A stretch of DNA of 64,000 nt, taken from Catonella sp. (lineage in GTDB: Bacteria; Bacillota; Clostridia; Lachnospirales; Lachnospiraceae). The stretch is taken from assembly GCF_052173895.1 (NCBI RefSeq), contig NZ_JBQMXS010000004.1, positions 3,960 to 67,959 of the forward strand, in the 5' to 3' direction. A model generated the notes under the pieces. The model was not told where the DNA came from and searched no databases. It saw nothing but the letters and a program-made list of their open reading frames with translations. Below are positions 48,816 through 56,832 of this stretch, in pieces. A program made the translations under genes and the position numbers. Each line of letters starts with the position of its first letter. The stretch's first letter is position 1.

Positions 48816-50252
48816 ATGGCAGAAGAAATTTGTTATATATGTAGAAGGACTGAAAGTAAGGTGGGTAGTATGCTCCATTTACCACCAAACATAACTATAT
48901 GTAATGACTGTATGCAGAAAACACTTAATGCGTTTAATACATCTCCTATGTCGGATTATTTTAATATGAACGGATTTCAACCGGACAATCAGAAAACAGA
49001 AAAACCTGTACAGAAAGAGCAGGAGAAAGAAGACGCTGAAGATAAGGAAAAGGAAGAAAAAGATACAAAGGCAGAAAGCAGTAGACAGAATCCGCCTATG
49101 TTTAGTTTTGGATTTTTGCCGGAGATGTTTCAAGGGCAGAGTAATTTAAAAAAGAAGAATAAGAAGAAAAAGAAAAAGGCGGAAATAGATTTTAATAATA
49201 TTCCTGCGCCACATATAATAAAGGAAAAACTTGATGAGTATGTTATAGGTCAGGAAGTAGCTAAGAAACAGATGGCTGTTGCTGTTTACAACCATTACAA
49301 GAGGGTGGCTGCTGAAAAGGAAAGAAAAGAAGAGGATATAGAAATAGAGAAGTCCAATATGCTTATGCTTGGCCCTACAGGAAGTGGCAAAACTTATTTA
49401 GTTAAAAATCTTGCCAGACTCTTGCAAGTGCCTATTGCGATTACAGATGCTACAACTCTTACAGAGGCAGGATATATAGGTGATGATGTAGAAAGTGTAC
49501 TTAGCAAGCTGCTTGCAGATGCAGATAATGATGTGGAGGCTGCAGAGCATGGCATAGTATTTATAGATGAAATAGATAAGATTGCGAAGAAGAAGAATAC
49601 ACATAGCAGGGACGTGAGTGGTGAGGCGGTACAGCAGGGACTTCTTAAGCTTTTGGAAGGTTCGGAGGTAGAGATACCTGTAGGGGCGACAAGTAAAAAT
49701 GCTATGGTGCCTATGGCTACTATAAATACAAGAAATATACTCTTTATATGCGGAGGAGCTTTTCCGGATCTAAGTGATATAGTGAAAAGGAGACTGAATA
49801 ATCAAGCTGCAATAGGGTTTAAGGCCGACCTTAAGGATAAGTATGATAATGATAAGAATATACTCAGTAAGACGAGTACGGAAGATTTGAGGAAGTATGG
49901 CATGATTCCTGAGTTTTTAGGAAGACTTCCTATAGTGTTTGCAGTAGAGGAACTTGATAAAGATATGCTTATTAGAGTACTTTCAGAGCCTAAGAATGCA
50001 ATTTTAAAACAGTATGAAAAATTGTTGGAACTAGATGAAGTTAAACTGGAATTTTCAGAAGATGCTAAAGATATTATTGCTGAGAGGGCTCTTGAGAGGA
50101 AGACAGGAGCAAGGGCTCTTAGGGCAATAATAGAGGAATTTATGTTGGATATAATGTATGAAATACCTAAAGACAATAATATAGGTAAAGTAATAATTAC
50201 TAGGGATTATATAGAAGGCAAGGGGAGTCCTATAATAGAATTAAGAATTTAA
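48816..50252 (+). CDS. clpX: ATP-dependent Clp protease ATP-binding subunit ClpX
   Basis: N-terminal CYIC...CNDC Zn domain, KSNMLMLGPTGSGKT, DATTLTEAGYIG, IDEIDKI, RDVSGEAVQQ, IGF loop and TGARALR. Confidence 0.95.
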   Translation: MAEEICYICRRTESKVGSMLHLPPNITICNDCMQKTLNAFNTSPMSDYFNMNGFQPDNQKTEKPVQKEQEKEDAEDKEKEEKDTKAESSRQNPPMFSFGFLPEMFQGQSNLKKKNKKKKKKAEIDFNNIPAPHIIKEKLDEYVIGQEVAKKQMAVAVYNHYKRVAAEKERKEEDIEIEKSNMLMLGPTGSGKTYLVKNLARLLQVPIAITDATTLTEAGYIGDDVESVLSKLLADADNDVEAAEHGIVFIDEIDKIAKKKNTHSRDVSGEAVQQGLLKLLEGSEVEIPVGATSKNAMVPMATINTRNILFICGGAFPDLSDIVKRRLNNQAAIGFKADLKDKYDNDKNILSKTSTEDLRKYGMIPEFLGRLPIVFAVEELDKDMLIRVLSEPKNAILKQYEKLLELDEVKLEFSEDAKDIIAERALERKTGARALRAIIEEFMLDIMYEIPKDNNIGKVIITRDYIEGKGSPIIELRI

Positions 50253-50263
50253 TGGAGGAGTTT

Positions 50264-50740
50264 ATGAGAGATATTAGTACGAAAAAGATATATATTTCGG
50301 AAGAGTTTAGAACAAGTGTAATAGCAGTTGATGATTATAGTAGTGCAGATTTTTCGGGAAAACTTTATAATCCCTTTTATACTCAGTGTGTTCAGATAAG
50401 GAGTTTTCAACAACTCATAAAAGAACTGGATTCACTTATGGATGAAATAGGTTGTCCAATGAGTGGAATGGAAAAAAGAAGTTTTACAAAATATTCACAT
50501 GCCGATTCCAGAGCTATATTTTTTACAGATAAAGATCATGCATCTAAAGGAAAGGTAGCCACTTTTGCAATAAGAATACAATATAGAAATAATGCGAGCT
50601 GGCAGGGAACGGTTAAATGGATTGAAGGAGATGCAGAGGAATATTTTAGGAGTGTGCTTGAACTTTTTTGGCTGATTGATAGTGCAATGAGTGCTGACTG
50701 CAGTAGACGTTCTGAGTTAGAAGTAGTATCTTGCAAATAA
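50264..50740 (+). CDS. Conserved hypothetical protein
   Basis: GGAGGAG SD before the ATG at 50264. C-terminal ATFAIRIQYRNNASWQG..W....F.S.LE pattern. Confidence 0.7.
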   Translation: MRDISTKKIYISEEFRTSVIAVDDYSSADFSGKLYNPFYTQCVQIRSFQQLIKELDSLMDEIGCPMSGMEKRSFTKYSHADSRAIFFTDKDHASKGKVATFAIRIQYRNNASWQGTVKWIEGDAEEYFRSVLELFWLIDSAMSADCSRRSELEVVSCK

Positions 50741-50825
50741 GAGGTATCTGTGTTATAATGATAAAGTTGTTTATATTAAATAGATTGGCAAAATCCAATC
50801 AGACTAGTGAGGAAGGTGAATAATT

Positions 50826-51032
50826 ATGAGAGAAGGAATCCATCCAGAGTATCATGAGTGCAAGGTAGTATGTAACTGCGGTAATGAATTTACTACAGGT
50901 TCAACAAAAGATTCAATTCATGTTGAAGTATGCTCAAAGTGCCATCCATTTTACACAGGACAGCAGAGAGCTGCATCAGCTCGTGGTGCTATTGACAAGT
51001 TCAATCGTAGATACGGAATCAAGCAGGACTAA
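50826..51032 (+). CDS. rpmE: 50S ribosomal protein L31 (Zn-binding type)
   Basis: [24 protein letters not shown] and KFNRRYG. Confidence 0.97.
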   Translation: MREGIHPEYHECKVVCNCGNEFTTGSTKDSIHVEVCSKCHPFYTGQQRAASARGAIDKFNRRYGIKQD

Positions 51033-51044
51033 TACAGGAAAAGA

Positions 51045-51131
51045 GAGACTGTCGCAGGAAGACGAGAGCGTCAACATAGCAGAAATTGTTATGAAAAGAC
51101 GGAATCACCAATGCGATGGTCTTATTTTTTT
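51045..51131 (+). terminator. Multi-stem structured element/terminator after rpmE
   Basis: Outer stem AGACTGTCGCA/TGCGATGGTCT (two G-U pairs) encloses two small hairpins and is followed by a T-tract. Confidence 0.55.
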
Positions 51132-51142
51132 AGGAGGACTTT

Positions 51143-52225
51143 ATGGGAACTTTTGGGATGAGCGGACAGGCTGTTCTTGAAGGTGTACTGATGAAAAATG
51201 CAGATAAATATGCAGTAGCAGTTCGCAAACCTGATAATGACATCGAAGTGACAGTAGAGAGACTTAATAATGTTTTAAAAGAAAAAGGATTTTTAGCAAT
51301 GCCTTTTATAAGAGGTATTGTGAGTTTTATAGAGGAATTATATCTTGGGATAAAAAATTTTTCTGTTCTTGGTAAATTTTATGAAGAACAGGAAAATAAG
51401 GAAAAGATTGCTGAAAAAAAAGGTACTCTACAGCTATTGATTGCAATAACATTAATCTCACTTGCAATAGGACTTTTCGTTGTTTTGCCTTATGGAATCA
51501 ATGCTATTTGTGGAAGTATAATGGGAACAGGTTTTGTTCGGATATTCATTGAGGGGATAATAAGGCTAGTATTGTTAATTTTATATGTAATTTTAATTTC
51601 GATATTTCCCGAAATTAAAAGAATGTATATGTATCTTGGAGCAGGGCATAAGGCTTTAAATTGCTTTAAGAAAGGAATTCCACTGACAGTTTCTAATGTA
51701 AGGAGAATGAGCAGGAATTACTATAGATGTGGTACTGTATATGTTTTTACGGTAATTATTGTAAGTTTAATCTTGTTTATGTTTGTAAGGGTTGAAAATA
51801 ATCTGCTTAGAATTTTGATAAGACTGTGTATTATTCCTTTTGTAGCTGCTGCTGTTTATGAAAGCAGGGAAATCTTATTAAATGATAGAAATATTGTTTC
51901 AGTTTTTCTTAATATTCCTCTTCTGTTAGTACATGGGATAGTTTCCAGTGAACCTGGGGAGGAGATGATAGAAGTTGCTATAAGGGCAGCAACAGTTCTT
52001 GATAATAAACAGGAGATTGAAAAAGAAGAAACAGAAAAAGTAGCAACAAAAGAGAATGAAGATAAGTGGTATAAGAATAATAAGCCTTTGCTTGTTGAAA
52101 CAAGTGTGAAGAATGATAAAGACAGTAGAATACAAAACTCATCTGAAGATGACGAAATAATGAATGCATTTAATCATTTTTTTAACAGTAAAACGGGTAG
52201 TAAAAATAAAGGTAAACGAAAATAA
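51143..52225 (+). CDS. DUF1385 membrane protein (YqhQ-like)
   Basis: GQAVLEGVLMK, PFIRG, EGIIRL, YLGAGHK, RCGT and EP...IEVAI. Usual position between rpmE and prmC. Confidence 0.9.
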   Translation: MGTFGMSGQAVLEGVLMKNADKYAVAVRKPDNDIEVTVERLNNVLKEKGFLAMPFIRGIVSFIEELYLGIKNFSVLGKFYEEQENKEKIAEKKGTLQLLIAITLISLAIGLFVVLPYGINAICGSIMGTGFVRIFIEGIIRLVLLILYVILISIFPEIKRMYMYLGAGHKALNCFKKGIPLTVSNVRRMSRNYYRCGTVYVFTVIIVSLILFMFVRVENNLLRILIRLCIIPFVAAAVYESREILLNDRNIVSVFLNIPLLLVHGIVSSEPGEEMIEVAIRAATVLDNKQEIEKEETEKVATKENEDKWYKNNKPLLVETSVKNDKDSRIQNSSEDDEIMNAFNHFFNSKTGSKNKGKRK

Positions 52226-53073
52226 TGGATGCTGAAAAATTTAGTTATAGAGAACTTTTAAAAACTGGAACTGATAAACTAAAAGGAGCGAATATAGAGG
52301 AGGCAGAAATAGATGCTTGGTATTTGCTTGAAGTAGTTTCAGGACTTAGTAGAGCAGAGTATTTTTTGCATCCTGAATATGTAGCAGATATTGATAAGGC
52401 AGAGGAATTCTTAAGGCTTATAGAAAGAAGGAGCAAGAGAATCCCTCTTTCTTATGTACTTGGAAATAGAGATTTTATGGGGTTTAGCTTTAAGGTGAAT
52501 GAAAATGTGCTGATACCGGAACAGGAAACTGAACTTTTGGTTGAAGAAGTGTTGAAGTGGTGTGATGGTAAAAGTGTACTGGACTTATGTACAGGCTCAG
52601 GATGTATTGCTATTTCAATAAGCTTGCTAGGTAAGCCGGGTAAAGTAGTTGGGGCAGATATTTCTAAGAGAGCTTTAGAGGTAGCAAAGGAAAATGCCTT
52701 GCTGTTAAAAGCCCAAAATGTGAAGTTCTTGCAGAGTGATTTATTTGATAAGATAAATGAAAAATTTGATATAATAGTTTCCAATCCTCCATATATAGAA
52801 ACAGAGGTGATTGAGAAACTCCAGCCTGAAGTTCGGGAGTATATTCCAAGACTTGCTTTAGATGGTGATAAAGACGGATTGAAATTTTATAGAAAAATTA
52901 CTGAATATGCTCCTAAATATTTAAATAAAAATGCTGTAATTTTCTATGAAATAGGATATAATCAAGGCAGTGAAGTTTCTGATATTTTATATGGCAATGG
53001 GTTTACGGATATTAGGATAATTAAGGACTACTCAGGTTTAGACAGGATAGTTATGGCGAATTTTAAGGGATGA
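52225..53073 (+). CDS. prmC: Release factor glutamine methyltransferase
   Basis: VLIPEQETE, DLCTGSGCIA, SNPPY and ALDG..DGL motifs. Confidence 0.96.
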   Translation: MDAEKFSYRELLKTGTDKLKGANIEEAEIDAWYLLEVVSGLSRAEYFLHPEYVADIDKAEEFLRLIERRSKRIPLSYVLGNRDFMGFSFKVNENVLIPEQETELLVEEVLKWCDGKSVLDLCTGSGCIAISISLLGKPGKVVGADISKRALEVAKENALLLKAQNVKFLQSDLFDKINEKFDIIVSNPPYIETEVIEKLQPEVREYIPRLALDGDKDGLKFYRKITEYAPKYLNKNAVIFYEIGYNQGSEVSDILYGNGFTDIRIIKDYSGLDRIVMANFKG

Positions 53074-53088
53074 AAATAGGAGGATGCC

Positions 53089-54453
53089 ATGAGGTATAGG
53101 ATTGAAAGAGATTCTATGGGAGAAGTAAATGTTCCTGAAAAAGCTTTATGGGGAGCACAGACAGAACGCTCACATATTAATTTTAATATAGGGACAGAAC
53201 TAATGCCGTTGCCGGTGATTAAGGCTTTTGCAATTTTGAAGAAAGCATCTGCAGAGGTTAACCTTGAACTGGGGAGACTTTCAGAAGAAAAATATTTACT
53301 TATTAAAAAAGTTTGTGACGAGATTTATAAAGGAGAACTTGATAAAGAATTTCCATTAAAAGTATGGCAGACAGGCTCAGGAACTCAGAGCAACATGAAT
53401 GTGAATGAAGTAATTTCAGGTAGGGGAAATATGCTTTCAGGGAAAAGACTGCTTCACCCAAATGATGATGTCAATATGTCACAGAGTTCAAATGACACTT
53501 TTCCGACAGCAATGCATATAGCGGCAGTAATGGAAATAAAAGCACTACTTTTACCCGCAATAGAAAAGTTAATTTATACATTTGAAAGACTTGAAAAAGA
53601 AAATGATGATATAGTTAAGAGTGGAAGAACCCATCTTCAGGATGCTACACCTATTAAGTTTTCTCAGGAGATAAGCGGATGGAGATTTATGCTTATTAAC
53701 AGTCTTGAAGAAATAAAATTGTCTATGAAGGGGATTTATAAGCTGGCTTTAGGCGGAACAGCCGTCGGAACAGGTATCAATGCACCTAAGAATTTTGATA
53801 AGATGGTGGCGAAGAAAATTGCCGTTCTTACAGATGAGCCTTTTATTACAGCAGAGAACAAGTTTCATGCTCTTACAGCAAAAGATGCACTTGTAGTCTG
53901 CCATGGGGCTATAAAGGGGCTAGCAGCCAATATGATGAAGATTGCAAATGATGTAAGGTGGCTTGCTTCAGGACCGAGGTTAGGGATTTCAGAAATTTTT
54001 ATACCGGAAAATGAGCCGGGAAGTTCTATTATGCCTGGAAAGGTTAATCCTACACAATGTGAGGCAGTAACCATGGTCGCTGTTCAGGTTATGGGTAACG
54101 ATGTGGCTGTAGGCATGGCAGCATCACAGGGGAATTTTGAACTAAATGTATTTATGCCGGTGCTGATATATAATTTTTTACAGTCTGTAAGACTGCTTGG
54201 TGATTCTATTAATTCTTTCAATTGTAACTGTGCAGTGGGAATACGTCCAAATAGAGAAAAAATGTACGATAATTTGCATAATTCACTGATGTTAGTTACC
54301 TGTATATCACCTTATATAGGTTATGATAATGCAGCTGCGGTAGCTAAGAAAGCATATAAAGAAGGAATAAGTCTAAAAAAGGCCTGCCTTGAGCTTGGTT
54401 ATATGGACGAAAATAGTTTTGATGAGGTATTTAAGCCGGAAGAACTTGTCTAA
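53089..54453 (+). CDS. fumC: Class II fumarate hydratase
   Basis: WQTGSGTQSNMNVNEV, HPNDDVN.SQSSND, GRTHLQDATP and GSSIMPGKVNP motifs. Confidence 0.96.
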   Translation: MRYRIERDSMGEVNVPEKALWGAQTERSHINFNIGTELMPLPVIKAFAILKKASAEVNLELGRLSEEKYLLIKKVCDEIYKGELDKEFPLKVWQTGSGTQSNMNVNEVISGRGNMLSGKRLLHPNDDVNMSQSSNDTFPTAMHIAAVMEIKALLLPAIEKLIYTFERLEKENDDIVKSGRTHLQDATPIKFSQEISGWRFMLINSLEEIKLSMKGIYKLALGGTAVGTGINAPKNFDKMVAKKIAVLTDEPFITAENKFHALTAKDALVVCHGAIKGLAANMMKIANDVRWLASGPRLGISEIFIPENEPGSSIMPGKVNPTQCEAVTMVAVQVMGNDVAVGMAASQGNFELNVFMPVLIYNFLQSVRLLGDSINSFNCNCAVGIRPNREKMYDNLHNSLMLVTCISPYIGYDNAAAVAKKAYKEGISLKKACLELGYMDENSFDEVFKPEELV

Positions 54454-54467
54454 GTAAGGAGAAAATT

Positions 54468-55640
54468 ATGGATTATGGAAAAGTTTCATTAGAAAAACAC
54501 ATGGAATGGAAGGGTAAGATTGAAGTTAAGGTAAGGGCAGAGGTAGACAGTTCGGAGGCGCTTAGTCTTGCATATACTCCGGGGGTAGCTTCTCCCTGCC
54601 TTGAGATACAAAATGACGTGAGTAAATCCTTTGATTTGACAAGAAGGTGGAATACGGTTGCAGTAGTTACAGATGGTACAGCTGTGCTTGGACTTGGTGA
54701 TATAGGACCTGAGGCAGGTATGCCAGTAATGGAAGGAAAGTGTGCATTATTTAAAGCATTTGGAGATGTGGATGCGATTCCACTTTGCATAAGAAGTAAA
54801 GATGTAGATGAAATAGTAAAGACAGTGGCTCTGCTTGCAGGCTCTTTTGGTGGAGTAAATCTTGAGGATATTTCTGCGCCAAGGTGTTTTGAAATAGAAG
54901 AAAAACTTAAAAAATGTACAGATATTCCTATTTTTCACGATGATCAGCATGGAACTGCAGTTGTCACACTTGCAGGGATTATCAATGCACTAAAACTTGT
55001 CGATAAAAAAATTGAGGATGTCAGAATAGTGACATCAGGGGCAGGAGCAGCTGGAATAGCTATAATTAAACTACTAATGGCAATGGGGCTTAAAAATGTA
55101 ATTATGACAGATAGAATAGGGGCTATTTATAAGGGAAGAGAAGGATTAAATCCAATTAAAGAGGAGATGGCGGCTATAACCAATTTCAACATGGAAAAGG
55201 GCAGTCTTACTGATGTAATTAAGGGAGCGGATGTATTTATTGGAGTATCTGCACCGGGTATACTTACTAAGGAAATGGTTACCTCAATGGCCAAAGATGC
55301 AGTTATTTTTGCTTGTGCCAATCCAACGCCTGAAATTTTTCCAGAGGAGGCTAAGGCCGCAGGTGCTAGGGTTGTATCTACGGGACGGTCAGATTTTCCA
55401 AATCAGGTTAATAATGTTTTATGTTTTCCGGGTATTTTTAGGGGAGCTCTCGATGTAAGGGCAAGTGAAATAAATGATGAAATGAAGATAGCGGCTGCAA
55501 AGGCTATAGCAGGACTTGTATCAGAAGATGAACTGAATGAGGAATATATATTGCCTAGGGCCTTTGATAAAAGGGTGAAGGATGCAGTGGCAAAAGCCAC
55601 AGCTGAGGCAGCAAAAAAGACAGGTGTAACCGGACTGTAA
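54468..55640 (+). CDS. NAD(P)-dependent malic enzyme (small type)
   Basis: AYTPGVA, TDGTAVLGLGDIG, NLEDISAPRCF, FHDDQHGTA, GAGAAG and NPTPEI motifs. Confidence 0.95.
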   Translation: MDYGKVSLEKHMEWKGKIEVKVRAEVDSSEALSLAYTPGVASPCLEIQNDVSKSFDLTRRWNTVAVVTDGTAVLGLGDIGPEAGMPVMEGKCALFKAFGDVDAIPLCIRSKDVDEIVKTVALLAGSFGGVNLEDISAPRCFEIEEKLKKCTDIPIFHDDQHGTAVVTLAGIINALKLVDKKIEDVRIVTSGAGAAGIAIIKLLMAMGLKNVIMTDRIGAIYKGREGLNPIKEEMAAITNFNMEKGSLTDVIKGADVFIGVSAPGILTKEMVTSMAKDAVIFACANPTPEIFPEEAKAAGARVVSTGRSDFPNQVNNVLCFPGIFRGALDVRASEINDEMKIAAAKAIAGLVSEDELNEEYILPRAFDKRVKDAVAKATAEAAKKTGVTGL

Positions 55641-55723
55641 CAGTTTTTGTGTAAAATATATATTGGTTTCGTAGTAATGTAAGAAAATTATATTATTATT
55701 TTAATGATTAGGAAGGAAAATAA

Positions 55724-56797
55724 ATGTTTGAGAGTATTGAAACGCTCGCAGGAAGATATAAAGAAATAACTGATGAGCTTGCTTCAGGGATGGCAGCTTC
55801 TGATCCGAATAAGTTTAGAAGTCTTATGAAGGAGCAGGCAGACCTTCAGCCTATAGTTGAAAAGTATAAAGAATATAAGGCTAATAATGAGCAGATTGAA
55901 GACTGTCTTAGGATGATAGCAGAGGAAAGTGATCCTGAGATGAAGGAGCTTGCAAGGGAAGAACTCGCAGAGGCAAAGGCGGCTTTGCCTGTTTTTGAAC
56001 AGGAACTGAAGGTGCTTTTGATTCCAAAAGATAAGAACGATGATAAGAATGTTATCGTTGAGATAAGGGCAGGTACAGGTGGTGATGAGGCGGCTATATT
56101 TGCGTCTGAACTTTACCGTATGTATTGTAAATATGCAGAAAATAATCGCTGGAAACCGGAGATTTTGAGCTTTAATGAAAATGGGCTTGGTGGTTTTAAG
56201 GAAGTGACCTTTCTTATAAATGGAAAGGGGGCATTTTCTAAGCTTAAATATGAGAGTGGAACTCACAGGGTGCAGAGAGTTCCAGTTACAGAATCTAATG
56301 GTAAGTTACAGACTTCTGCTGCCACAGTAGCTATTTTACCTGAGGCAGAGGAGGTAGATGTTACCATAGATCCTAATGATATTAAGTTTGATGTATTCAG
56401 GGCGTCAGGAAATGGTGGACAGTGTGTAAATACTACTGATTCAGCTGTAAGACTTACACATATACCTACAGGTATAGTTATTTCCTGTCAGGATGAGAAG
56501 TCGCAGCTTAAGAATAAGGATAAGGCCATGAAGGTACTTCGTTCTAGGCTATATGAACTTGAGTGTGAAAAGGCACATGCTGCAGAAGCTGCTGATAGAA
56601 AGAGTCAGGTAGGAAGTGGAGATCGTTCTGAAAAAATCCGTACTTATAATTTTCCTCAAGGAAGGGTGACAGACCATAGAATCAAGTTTACTACACATAA
56701 TATAGATGGAGTTATGGGAGGAGATTTAACGGAAATAATTGAAAATCTAATAGTTGCAGACCAGACTGAGAAACTTGCGGCTATGGGCGAAATGTAA
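55724..56797 (+). CDS. prfA: Peptide chain release factor 1
   Basis: [21 protein letters not shown] (PxT), GGQ and [16 protein letters not shown] motifs. Confidence 0.97.
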   Translation: MFESIETLAGRYKEITDELASGMAASDPNKFRSLMKEQADLQPIVEKYKEYKANNEQIEDCLRMIAEESDPEMKELAREELAEAKAALPVFEQELKVLLIPKDKNDDKNVIVEIRAGTGGDEAAIFASELYRMYCKYAENNRWKPEILSFNENGLGGFKEVTFLINGKGAFSKLKYESGTHRVQRVPVTESNGKLQTSAATVAILPEAEEVDVTIDPNDIKFDVFRASGNGGQCVNTTDSAVRLTHIPTGIVISCQDEKSQLKNKDKAMKVLRSRLYELECEKAHAAEAADRKSQVGSGDRSEKIRTYNFPQGRVTDHRIKFTTHNIDGVMGGDLTEIIENLIVADQTEKLAAMGEM

Positions 56798-56832
56798 ATT
56801 TTTAATAAAAAGCTTAAGGGAGTAAGGTTGTT

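Noticed and set aside
50884..51180. 98-aa ORF overlapping rpmE
   Set aside because: It is an alternative frame over a highly conserved ribosomal protein gene and a structured intergenic element, with no SD.
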